A stretch of DNA of 64,000 bases from Guillardia theta CCMP2712 (Eukaryota > Protista > Cryptophyta), in assembly GCF_000315625.1 (NCBI RefSeq), contig NW_005434592.1, forward strand, positions 11,454-75,453. The letters are read 5' to 3'. A program made the translations under genes and the position numbers. The notes under the pieces were generated by a model. That model saw nothing but the letters and a program-made list of their open reading frames with translations. It was not told the origin of the DNA and searched no databases. Positions 39,150 to 51,172 of this stretch are shown here, one piece after another (within the stretch, counting starts at the first letter, position 1; each line of letters starts with the position of its first letter).

Positions 39150-40408
39150 AATGAAGGAGGGGAAGCAGAAACAGGAACTGGAGAGGAAGGAGGAGGAGGA
39201 GGAGGAGGAGGAGGAGGAGGAGGAAGGGGAGAGAGAGAGTGGCGGGGAGGAGGGATGGGGTCACGGTGTTGGTGAAGGTAGCTCACTTCATCTCAGTGCT
39301 CCCGCGCATGATCGCGGTCGGGACCTTCACCGCCAACTCCTTCGCTTCCATCTACCTTGGGACTGAAGACGTGGAGTCTTTCTGCCCCACCTTTCCCCCC
39401 CTCGCTCACTCTCCCAGCAGGCCATGGAAGACCTGCGGCTGTCCTCTTGCTCTGAAACCTTCCTGCTGCGCGTCAAGGAGCGATTTTACAGGTGGAAGGT
39501 GCCGCTGATGACAAGCATGAGCTGACGTCTGAACGCAGAGAGATGCTGCAAGCTACCCTGAAGGTTCTGCCTACAGTCGAGGAGGCTGGTGAGGGGGAGG
39601 AGAAGGAGGAGGAGCAAGAGGGGGGAACGAGGGAGGGAGGGGGAGGGGGGAAGGACGGAGNNNNNNNNNNNNNNNNNNNNNNNNNNNNNNNNNNNNNNNN
39701 NNNNNNNNNNNNNNNNNNNNNNNNNNNNNNNNNNNNNNNNNNNNNNNNNNNNNNNNNNNNNNNNNNNNNNNNNNNNNNNNNNNNNNNNNNNNNNNNNNNN
39801 NNNNNNNNNNNNNNNNNNNNNNNNNNNNNNNNNNNNNNNNNNNNNNNNNNNNNNNNNNNNNNNNNNNNCCTCCTCCTCCCTCCTCCCTCCTCCCTCCTCC
39901 CTCCTCCCTCCTCCCTCCTCCCTCCTCCCTCCTCCCTCCTCCCTCCTCCCTCCTCCCTCCTCCCTCCTCCCTCCTCCCTCCTCCCTCCTCCCTCTCCTCT
40001 CCCTTTTCCCCCATCCCTTCTCCTTCGTCTCCCTCTCCCACTCGCCGACTGCCTCCCTCCCTGGAGTTCTCCCGTTATCCGCTCTACTGTCCTGCTCCTT
40101 CTCGCCTTCCTGACCCCGACTCCCTCCCTCCATTCCTCGCGCTCCTTCTGCTCCCTCCTCCCTCGTCTCTCTTGCATCCTCCTCTCACCTCCATCCTACG
40201 CAGGCTGAAAGACACGGACCGCAAGATCGCTCAGCTGCTCCTCACAGAGAAAGCGCTCAAGGTGACGCGGAGGTACAGCAAGTCTGCGCTAACCTTCGTG
40301 CAGCTGGTGGACATCACGTGGGTCAACGTGGAGCAGGCAGTACGGGGTCAACTCATCAGCAGAAAGCCAGGGGTCACCACTGACGAGGACGGGGTCGTCA
40401 ACAAGTGA
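31961..40408 (+). CDS. Large IPT/TIG + EGF-like ectodomain, multi-pass membrane protein (multi-exon, spans three gaps)
   Basis: Signal peptide, 14-aa repeat x3, three IPT/TIG modules (GPTSGGFAVTLLG, STEGGAKATITGMNFG, GPYVGEQTLTVGGSDFG), EGF CSGRGECVGGGCVCSAGFSGELC, then TM segments (HIQFVSITSLL...PQQYLDWASSF, LLAAKRPYKNRLQ). Confidence 0.7.
33608..33707. other. Assembly gap
   Basis: Run of N. Confidence 1.
36930..37029. other. Assembly gap
   Basis: Run of N. Confidence 1.
39661..39868. other. Assembly gap
   Basis: Run of N. Confidence 1.
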
Positions 40409-40634
40409 TCTTCGGATGCCTGCTCCGCGCTCCCTGACGTCAGTTCCAGGGAATGTCAGTTTCAGTTCGGCATCAGCGAGCAAGACTTGAATGCTCGGGA
40501 AGAGGTCCCAGCCTGCCATTGTGAAGAGTCTTGCTGCCCTGACATGCTGTGCAGTTGTGTGCGGAGGTAGGTCACATTATGAATGTTATGGAGCTTGTAA
40601 GATATTATTAGACAGTATCAAACATTTCATTCGA

Positions 40635-41902
40635 TCATTGGTTGAATAGTGTTGTTGTATTTCCTCTTGTACTTCGATTCTTGACTTGCAAGCTTCTGTG
40701 TTCCATCTCAGCAATCTCAACTTTTCCTGAGTCACAAAGTCAGTGCAACGTCCCAACTCTCCAATCGCCGCACTCTCATAGTTTGCCACATCTTTCTGCA
40801 GTTGGTACGCCGTCGCTTTCTGCTGCACGTACTCCAGAGGCTTCCAAGAGCCGTTAGGTCACTCACGGGCGTTCAAGTCAACCAACCTCAGGCATGGCCG
40901 ACTCCTCGATCTGCTTCTTCAAGAACGAGTTGGCTTTCTGCACTTTCGATCTCTCTGTCTCTATCCCCTTGATCTCCTGCTGCACTTTCTTCGTCAGCTC
41001 TTTCTTTTCCACTATCATCTTCTTCAATGTTTCTGATTCCAGAATCAGCCTGCATCGCACAACGACTATCAGTCCCCTCTGCAGCAACGCCATGGCGCCA
41101 TGGTGGCACTTGCCGTTGCAGCTTCTTCTTACTCCCATTCAAAGTTTGGGTGATGTTCCCTGTTGTGAGCTTCCTGCAAGCAAGCTTGTGAGAGAGGTTC
41201 CAGGTCATGTGTGGGGGCGAACAGTTTGAGCAGCTCGTTGTTCCTTTCTTCTATCTTCTCTAAGAACTGTTGGTTCTCGATCTTGAGCTGATCAAAGTCG
41301 ATCACGTGCAAGACTTCCCCCATCTCCTCCTTGTGCTGAAGCTGATTCCCCAGCTTCAAGATCTGCTGCTTGAGCGCGTTGTTCTTGAGCGACAACTTGT
41401 CTATGGCAGAGTCTTTGGACCGCAGCTTCTCTTCAAGATGGTGCAGCAACCGATCGTTGGCGCTCTTTCCTGCCACCAGCACCGTCAAACTCCAGCGGCA
41501 ACGACGCGGCAACCAACCTGGCACGCTCATGTTCTGAACATCACGCTTGAACTCGTAGGTTTCCTTGGAGACGTCGGTGATGTTGACATCAGCAAGCTCC
41601 AGCAGAGCTCTCAAGTCGTCGACTAGCTTCTCTGAGATGTTCTTACACTCGTCGATCTCAGACTTGACGGTCTCGTTGACTTCTAGCGCTATGTTGGTCC
41701 TCTGGGACACGCTCAGCTCCACGGGAACCTTCTCCTTCTTCGCGCTTCTCCTGCTCTGCTTCTTGGCGACTTTGTCGTCCAGCTCTTCACCGTGCGTTAG
41801 GTTTCTTTCAGAGTAGCTCTGCAGCAGCATGTTCTCCAGCTCCAGGATCTGGATTTCTTCCTCCATCTGTTGCAGGTGCTCCAACAATTCATCCGACTCC
41901 AT
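40635..41902 (-). CDS. CCDC113: Cilia/flagella coiled-coil protein CCDC113/CFAP263 (DUF4201 family)
   Basis: Signature QLQHKEEMGEVLHVIDFDQLKIENQQFLEKIEERNNELLKL and C-terminal RKVEIAEM; coiled-coil throughout. Confidence 0.85.
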
Positions 41903-43385
41903 CCTGTCCTCAGCTCCCTATCACCGTTGAGATCTGCAATGCAACAACTCAGGGTTTTGTTCCAACCTTGACATAGAGACGAACGAGACACATCTCGCAA
42001 AGATCTGAGATATATGATGCGATGCATCAGCAGAGGAACTATCACTCCACAACAAGACTTCTGCATTCTACTTCCTTCTAACAGCCTTTCTCGGCCCTTT
42101 CTCTGTTCTTCAGATCCCTGAAATCAAAAGATTCGACAAGATCTCTGCTCGTCTCGTCATGCTGAAAGTGACTTCTGAAGAATTCAACCCCTCAGTCAAT
42201 CCTTTCATGCTCTCTTTACCTCCTCCCCCCTTCAGCTCCTCCTCCTCTTGTCCCTGCTCTCTTTTTCTCCCCTCCTCGCTCTCCTCGCTCTCCTCGCTCT
42301 CCTCGCTCTCCTCGCTCTCCTCGCTCTCCCTTCTCTTCTCTTCTCTTCTCTTCTCTTCTCTTCTCTTCTCTTCTCTTTCCCTCTTGCTCTCCTTCTCTGC
42401 CATGGCGGGGTTCAACTGTTCTCAGCGCTCTCAGACTGCTGGCCCTACCGTTACTCCGCCTCAGAGTCAGCTCGGCTATCTATTTCTCATAGTGAGCAGT
42501 CCGCCCGGGCCCGACTCGGAGCCTCCGCTAGCGTCGGCCGGCCCTCGGTGGTACCGTACGGTGAATACTACCGTACGGTACTACTAGGCGGCTATCTACT
42601 CGGAGTGGCAGCCTGTGTTCTGCCGTACCGTAGTACCGTAGTAGGGCGCGGCTAGTACAAGCCTCGTCACCCCGGGCCCCGGCGGGGCCACGGTGACACT
42701 GGCCCCGGGCCCGGGCCGGCGATCGGGATAATTTTGAGTTCCGAGCCTTTCCGCCATTCACTGTCAATTTGAGATGATATCGGCGTGACTCAGTGACTCG
42801 CACTTGCCTATCATCGGATGCCGGGCCGGGCGGCCCGGCGCCCGCCGGGCGGCCCGGCCCGGGCGGCCGCCGTGACTGAGGGCCGGGCCGGGCGCTCCGC
42901 TCAGAGCCGGCGTCGGAGCTGGACTCAGTGCCGGGCCCCGGCGGGCCGGACCGCCGCTCTGAGCGGCTTGCCGGGCCCGGCCACACTCAGTGCCTCGGAC
43001 AGCCGCTGCTGAGCGGCAGAGGAACTTCGGAACTTGAAACTGATCAAACCCGCCTCAGGTCTATTGGCAAAGGCAGAAGAAACCAAGCAAAGGTGGATTA
43101 GGAAGAGATGATAGCAGGATAGGAAGTTCGCCGAAGTTCCATGTTGATCCCGATCATGTGGGAGGAAAGGAGAGAGGGGGGGCAGGGAAAGAAAGAGGCA
43201 CCAAGAAGAGCGAGCGAGAAAGAGGAGGAAGGAATACGAAGGATCAGCTTGGCTCTTGTTTTAGCTCTAGTGATGTTCATTTTATCGATTGCTACACCAC
43301 TCCGATTGGGGTAGCCCAAAGTCATCCCAGTCGTGTCGTCCTCACTCTCAGACATCCACAAACGGCTAGAGATTCTTTCATGTGT

Positions 43386-43575
43386 TGTGCTGATGTTGCG
43401 TTCATGTGCTGATGTTTCGTTCATGTGCTGATGTTTCGTTCATGTGCTGATGTTTCGTTCATGCGCTGATGTTTCGTTCATGTGCTGATGTTTCGTTCAT
43501 GCGCTGATGTTTCGTTCATGCGCTGATGTTTCGTTCATGCGCTGATGTTTCGTTCATGCGCTGATGTTTCGTTCA
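43386..43575 (+). repeat. 19-bp minisatellite x10 (TGYGCTGATGTTTCGTTCA)
   Basis: Ten consecutive units; the last ends in CAG just before ATG 43585. Confidence 0.95.
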
Positions 43576-43584
43576 GGGAGCATC

Positions 43585-46500
43585 ATGGAAAACAAACTTC
43601 GATCTTTGGGTCAGGTATTCCCACTCCCCTCCATCCTTCTCATCTCTACGCATCCCCTCCCACTCCCCTCGCTCCCCTCGCTCCCCGCCATAGTCTCGCT
43701 CCTCTCACCGTGACGCACTGACGATGGGGGTCAGGAGCACCTCTTCGAAGGCCTCACCGAACCTCAGAAGGCGAGCCTGCTGCAGCAAGCGAGCGAGCTG
43801 GACTCTCAGCTGCCAGGTCCCCCGCATGCCCAGCTCTCCTCCTGCTGCTGACGTCCTTGAAGGCGGCCTTGCGGGGTACGTGGAGACGGCACAGAAGCTG
43901 CTCAAGGACTCGGCGGAGGGGGTGAACCCTTTCTCCGGGTTTCAGCCTCAAATTCCTGCTGGGGAGAAGTTGCAAGTGAGAATCCTGCTGGAGGGCTGGT
44001 GGGGGTTGACGAGCTGAGAGCTGAGAACCTAGGTCGGATCTGAGGCGTTCTTGGAGATGGAGTCTGTCGGTTCGAAAGCGATCAAAGATGCGGCTTTTGT
44101 ACTAGTTGCTGGGTATGAAGCCCGTTACATCCCTCTCCCTCCTCTCCTTCTGCTCTCTCTCCTTCTGCTCTCCTCCTCCTTGTCCCTGTCCTCCTTGTCC
44201 TCCTGCTCCTCCTGCTTCTTGCCCCCTCCCTCTGCTGCTCCTCCTGCCCAGGATGCTGCCTCTCCTCTTCTGACTCTTCTGTGTTTGCTTGTCGCTTATC
44301 AGCTATCCTCCACTACTTTCTTTGCTGACGACGATGCTACCAGGGGTCTTGGAGAAAGACTGGGTTACAAAGGAATTAAAGTCTCTCTCCCTCTCTACAT
44401 CATCGAGCGAGAAAGGTGGTTGCGACATTAACATGAGAGGAGCGATGGTTGTGACTTTGGCTGCAGATGCTTCCTGGATCTCTACATCAGCCACATCCTC
44501 GCCTTGCAGAGAGCCCATGGAGATGGAAGGAAGCTCCCCCTGGCCATCATGACCAGTGACGACACTCACTCGCTCACTGTCGAGCTGCTCGAGAAGGTTG
44601 ATCTCTCCACCCCTCCTCGTCCCGCCCCGATATTTCTTGTCTTCGTTTCCTCTGCTGTTCGCTCGATTCCTCGTGTCCTCAACTTGTCTCTCTACGCTTC
44701 AATCCCTTACCTTCTCTCATCTGTTCACGACTTGATTTCTTGCTTCATCTCGCCTGCTCGGCATTTTCATGCCTCTCCCGTTTGTTTTCTACCCTCCTCC
44801 TAATGGCTGAAACTTCTCCACAGCACAAGAATTTCGGCATGGAAAGCGATCAGATCACCATTGTCAAGCAGAACAAGGTCGACTGTCTGCTCTCTCGCTC
44901 GCCTTCAGCACTTCTCTGATGCTTCGGATCCTCAGGTTCCAGCGCTGATGGACGTCAAGGCAAGGTTTGCATCCTCTGACGGCAAGATCGAGACGAAGCC
45001 GCACGGGCATGGAGTGAGGGACGAGGGATGACGGCTGAAGCTAACTGCTCTCCTTCCCACAGGACGTTCACACTCTCCTGCATCAGCATGGACTCGTCAA
45101 GAGGTGGCAGGAGGAAGGGCGGAAATGGGTTGTTTTCTTCCAGGTGTGCGAGGGAGGAGGTGTAGCTCTATCGGTGTTGGTGAATGTGTCCGAGCAGGAC
45201 ACCAACGGAGTTATCTTCCGCGCGCTCACGGCTGTGCTGGGAGTCAGCTGCAAGGTAAGAAAGGCGAGGGAGAGTAGACAGGAGAGGAGAGGAGAGCACA
45301 GGAAGACATATGGTGACAGATGGGGAGGAGGAGGAGAGGGAGGAGAGGGAGAGAGCAGGAGCGGGGGAGGGGACATTTCGAATCTTACTTGTCAATCAGT
45401 GCAATTTCGACGTCAACTCAGTTTGTGTCCCCCGCACGCCAGGAGAAGCCGTTGGAGGAATTTGCAAGTGAGTCAGAGGCGGGAGGGATTGGATGAAGAC
45501 ATAAATGATATATTTGTCAACGAATGTATGATGAACGGGAAGCGATGTGAGGAGATCAGAGGAGAGCAGAGCAGAGGAGAGCAGATCAGAGGGTGGGTAG
45601 GAGAGGGAAAGGGAGGGAGGAGGGGAGGAGATCTGTATGCTGCGACGTGTTCCGACATGGTGTGATGTAAAGTTGACTTTGGCCACAGGCTTGTTCACCA
45701 AGACGGCCGAGACTTCACCGTCAACGTCGAGTACAACCAGCTCGACCCCCTGCTGAGATCAACGAACGTGATTGAACGATCACAACGGCGCAACAGCCGT
45801 TACTGTCTCTGTCTGCTCACGGCCTTTGCGCAGGACTTCGCCAACGGGGATGTGGCGGACCCTGCCACCGGTAACTTGAACTTCTCACATGCACCTGCCC
45901 AGTGATCGCCCACAAGGTCACTCTCCCTTCCCCGGCAACATCAACTGCCTTGTGTTCGGCATCGCGCAGTACAAGAGTAATCACCCCCCCTCCCCCCCCC
46001 CCCTTGCGCTGACGAGTCGATGGTGGCAGACGTGCTGGAGGCCACTGGGGGCAAAGTGAACGAGTTTGTGAACCCCAAGGTAAGAAGTCAGGGAGATCAA
46101 CGTGAAGGAGTTTCCTCCAGAGGTCACTGGTGGACAAGGAGAGGGAGAGGGAGAGGGAGAGGGATACGGAGACGGAGACGGAGAGAGAGAGGGAGGAGGA
46201 AAGAGAAGTTGTGAATGGATGGGGAATGTTGTCGTGTCAGTTGGTTGTAGAAGAGCGATGCCAAGGAGGCTGAAGAGTTGCAAGGAGGTTGAGAGTTGTG
46301 GCGTCTTAACTCGGAGATGCTAATATCTCAATGGCTGTCGTTTGATGTGCTCATGCGCAGTATGCCGACAGCTCTAAGACATCTTTCAAGAGCCCGACAC
46401 GATTGGAGTGCATGATGCAGGCAAGAACAATCGTACATGTTGTCATCGTTGTCCCGGTTGTGGTCGTCGTCGTCGACAACAACAACAACAAACAAACGAT

Positions 46501-47516
46501 CATTCTTCCTTCACCCATCATCAACAACTTTGATGTCGATCTGACTTGTTTGTAGGACTTTCCACTTCTGTTGCCACCTGAGGCAAATGTAATTGACCTC
46601 TTCTCTTCTCCCACTTCCTCCCTTTCATTCATCTACAATACTAATTCCCATCCTTCTTGCTTTTCCCTTTTACTTCCCTATCCTTCCTCCCTCCTCCCTC
46701 CTCCCTCCAGCAATCCATCTATCCGTCCCCCTCACAACCTTCTGTGGTGTACAGGTTGGCTTCACAGAGATCGATCGCTGGCTCTGCTTTTCTCCTGTGA
46801 AGAACAACTTGACGGTTAGTTACTCTCCTCCTCCTCCTCCTCCTCCCCCTCCTCTCAACATTTCCACTGCTCCTACTCCTCGCCCTCAACACCTCACCTC
46901 AACTCTCAATTCTTCCTTTTCCCTCCTCTCCCTCTCCCTCTCCCTCTTCTTGTTCCTTCGCTCCCTGGCTTCCACTCCCACATCGTCGTTTTGTTTCACA
47001 TAATGCTCACGAAATTCGCAGGACGCCGCCGCAAAGGCTCGCAACGGCTTGCCGCCTGAGGTGATAGGATGGGAGAGCAGAGGAACTCAAGAATATGGGA
47101 GGAGGCGAAGTGAAAAGAGAGAGAGGAGGAGGCAAAACCAGCCGGAGAAATAAGGGGACCGGGAGAGAGGGGGAAGAAGAGGAAGGGAGCGAAGGGAAAG
47201 CAGAGTGGAGGGAGAGGAGAGGGAACAGAACAAGTTTCATGACAAGCGCGTGCAGTGTGCAGGGTCAGCTGAACGAGACGCGATGATTTTGAACTGCCGC
47301 CTCCTCTCCCTTGCAGGTGGGAAGTAGAGAAGAAGTTGAAGGGCGTGAGGAGCATAAACAGGTGTCGACGTTGATATGCAAGGAACTTCAGGAACCTTCG
47401 CCGACATCCCGATTGAGTTCCCGTGAGACTCTCCCTCCCTTGATCTCCATCACCACCACTATCATCATATAGCATCATCAGCAGAAGCATCATCATCATC
47501 ATCGTCATCATCATCG

Positions 47517-47549
<33 letters not shown>

Positions 47550-47572
47550 CCACCACCACCACCACCACCACC

Positions 47573-47604
<32 letters not shown>

Positions 47605-47714
47605 CAACCACAACCACACCAACACCACCACTACCACCACCAACAACAACAGCATCATCATCATTACCACCACCACCACCACCACCACCACCACCACCAC
47701 CACCACCACCACTC

Positions 47715-47759
<45 letters not shown>

Positions 47760-48535
47760 TCATCATCATCATCATCAACAACAACAACAACAACAGCAAC
47801 TTTCCTACTTTTCCCTGCCTGGTCTCATTTCTTCACAGGCCTCTCGTCGTGCTCCTTCCCTCCTTTGGAACCTCGCTACTTGAGATCAAGGTCCCGCCTC
47901 CTGCTCCTCTAGACGTCAGCCTGACCGTTGCGAGCAGGAAAAAATCTCCCAGGACTCTAAAGTGAAGGTGACAGGAAGGAGTGCACTTGTGCTGGAGGGC
48001 GACGTTTCCATCCAAGGTGTCTTCCTTCACCTTATCCTCTCCTCCCCCCTGCTCTGCCCTTCTTCCTCTCCATCCTCTTCCAACTAACTCATCTCCTCTT
48101 CCCAACCCACCTCCTCTCCTTGCTCATACAATCGCAGGAACTCTCGAGCTCGACGGGGCGCTGGTTGTCCGCGCAGCTCCAGGGGCGAAAGTCGTGATCC
48201 AAAGTCTCCTCGTGCACAACGCGGGTGATGGAGGAGGAGGATAAGCACAAGAGCTGAAGAGGATGGCAGGATGGCGACTGGAGAAGACTGAGGACGAAGA
48301 AACTATGAGCGACGACATGCTGAAAATGAGGGGCTACAAGGTTTCTTCCTTCATTCCCTCCCTTCCTCCACCTGCACTCTCACCTATATCCCTCACGCTA
48401 TCTCCATCTCCTCCCTCCCTCCCTCCTCCTCCTATGCTTGCTGGCGCTCTTGCTCACAGATCATGGCAGGTTGTTCGCACGGAGACGAGGGAGATTCTCG
48501 TCACGGAGCCAGGGGTCCACACCATCTCGCAATAG
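43585..48535 (+). CDS. USP: UDP-sugar pyrophosphorylase (many exons)
   Basis: [110 protein letters not shown]. Confidence 0.93.
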
Positions 48536-48736
48536 CTAGCAAACCAGCGAAATCGCCTTGCGGGGACGGAAGCGAGGCAATCGAGATTGTAGGATTTACT
48601 TCACGCTGCATGCTTGCACCTGGTTGTCACATACAAACAGGAAAGCATCAATCACGTAGCGACCATCATGAACACAACCGTCATCCTGTCATCCTCACAC
48701 CCTTCTCAAGCACCATCAGCCATTGAGATCATGCCG

Positions 48737-50003
48737 TCACCGCATCCCTGTCGATCCAAACCCCATGGAACCTCTGCAGGTAGGAGGAGGCGTCAGCAAA
48801 CAGATCCCCCCCCCCCCTGCCGTCGGCTCGCCTGTCCGTCTCGTCCAGGTTGTCCACCACAGCAACAGGAGGCGTCGCGCACACCTCGAGGATCAACTGA
48901 CATATCAGAGTCACTTCAGCTACTCGCATGCACATCATGCACAACTTGCGCTATCCTCATCCCGGGTTCGATCGCAAAGTCTTCATCGCCTGCATACAGT
49001 CAAGACTGGCGAGACAGCTGCTTCCGCCTCCCCACCATGGTTGAACAACAAGACTTTCACTTCCCCCCTGCCACCTCAGGTTACGTCTCCTCCTCCTTCC
49101 CTCTTGCCATGTTGACGGTCACCTGTAGTCCGGGTCGATGACCCCCGCTCCTACATCGATCGAGTTCTTGACCGCCAACCCTTGACGGCACCCCCTTCAC
49201 GTCCCTGCTACCCTCGACATTGCAAGCACCTGATCGAGGTGCGATCCTTCCGTAGCATCCGCGCGGGATGGCGACGGCGACTCCAGTGCCAACAACAGCA
49301 GAGGACCTGTTGCGAGGCAACTTACAAGCGTCCTTGCGAGTACCGTACCTCCACCTCCCCTTCACCACCGTCGCAGCTGCACTGTACACATCGTATCCCA
49401 CCGCTCCTTCGGTAGCTCTGCATGGTGCCCTGCGCCTGATCTCAGCCCTGCAAGCATGGGAGTTTGTGAAGGTTCTGACTTAGCGCTCTTGTCGACGAGC
49501 ATGATCCTTAACGGGCCTCTGACGTCTGTGTTTCCATCTACTTCCCCACCTCCTCCTCTGAGCATCGACATGGCAATTCGCAGCTGGTCGTTCCTTCCTC
49601 GACAACTCAGAGCCTGTACAAACCTTCCACGGTGGAGCAGAGGATTTACTAGCCCAGAGCTGTGAACATAACAGCAATCACTCCCGAGGCCATGTAGAGC
49701 AAGACTCAGCACGACCTGCGAAAAGATGTTACGAGAACAACAACATCTCTAATCCTCATCTGCTCCCTCAAGTCAAGGTTGTGCAGTCTTCAATTTGTCC
49801 CCTTCTCTTCAGAACTAAATCCCATCGATCCAAACCTTTCTCTCTACATTCTCTGTCTCCTTCTCATGTGACTGCAAGCTCTACTTGCTAATCTCTCCAT
49901 CATCCCTCACACACTACTCCTTCTCCACCCACTCCTCCTCCTCCTCCTCCTCCTCCTCCTCCTCCTCCCGTCATCTGCTACTCACACGCAGACTCCCTGC
50001 CAT
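48737..50003 (-). CDS. DUT: dUTP diphosphatase (dUTPase) with N-terminal targeting leader
   Basis: Motifs GYDVYS, GRIAPRSG, GVIDPDY-GEVKVLLFN, RIAQLI and GFGSTG; short first exon MAGSLR followed by a GTGAGT donor; leader contains MLRGG. Confidence 0.9.
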
Positions 50004-51172
50004 GAACGCGATGGTCTTATTGCTCGCTCAGTAGCACCGCCGGGCCCGGGAGGCCCGGAATATCTACCCACCCACCCCCTTTCAATCTGTTTAAGTACCG
50101 GTGGCGTTTCCCAGATGGGAGCAATATCACATTTCGCTGTGGTTTGAGCGGATTCGGGTGGGGAGGGAGGGAGAGAGAGAGAGAGAGAGGAGGAAGGTGG
50201 AAGAAGGAGGGCGTGAGTGAGGGAGCGAGTGAGGTATGCTGGGATGCATGAGGAGGGAGTGGGATAGGCGATGGAGGGCGGGGGGGGGGGGAGGGGCGGG
50301 AGGGCAGAGGCCGAATGGCGAAACCAGGAAGTGTGACGGTGAAGAGTTGGAAGAGAGGGCAGCGCAAGTTGGCAACAGAACACACCCCTGGCCATCCTTC
50401 TATTGCAATAACTGCTCTCCTCCTTGTAGTTTTGATTGGCACCGAGCTTGTCCTCAGCATGGTTGCGGAGAAGGTCGTCCAGGTACTGGATCTTGCAATT
50501 CAACACTTCATTAATTTCGATCTCAAGGGCTCTGCTTTCAAGCCCAAGGGAGTGATTCAGGGCTCTGTCATACCTGGTACTTGCTGCTGCATGAACAGAA
50601 GGTTGTGTGAGATGGTTGATAGATGCGGTGACGTGGACAACCTGGGAGGTGGACTTCACTGCCAGTACCTGGTAGGAGAGCGGAAGAGAGGTTGAGAAGT
50701 TGATTCTGGTGAAGGGGAATCAAGGCTGCGATGGACAAAGTGAATAACGACATCAGATTCAAGTATCCTCTCATCATCACCGAAGTCGTGTTTCCATCGG
50801 AGGCGCATAAACTGGCAATTTCCCAACCATCGCATTGGTGTGTTGGTGACTTTTCAGCAGGGCATTATGATTGGTGATCACATCGTTGGAGTGAAGTCGC
50901 CAGACGCAGCTGACTTTATGTTTGTACCTCACTTGCCAAAGAGAGCTTCTTACACGTTCATTAGTGATATCGCGAATGCGAATGAGAAGAATCCCATGGT
51001 AGTAGACATCTTGTGGGACTGCGTGAGCTGACTTTCAAGAAAAGTCCCGGGAACGATACGTCCTTGATTCTGTCCGGGATATTTTGATGCAGGGCGGAAA
51101 TGTACTTTCTTACCTTCTTGTCTACCTCAAGTGACAGATTTGTCTGTCTAGTGTACCGTCCGCTTCACGCGA

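Noticed and set aside
43386-43575. Possible CRISPR array
   Set aside because: The units are contiguous 19-mers with no unique spacers and the context is eukaryotic; this is a minisatellite.
50315-51031. Small gene between dUTPase and TFIIB
   Set aside because: ORFs exist on both strands but have no recognisable motifs, and neither strand nor exon structure can be supported.
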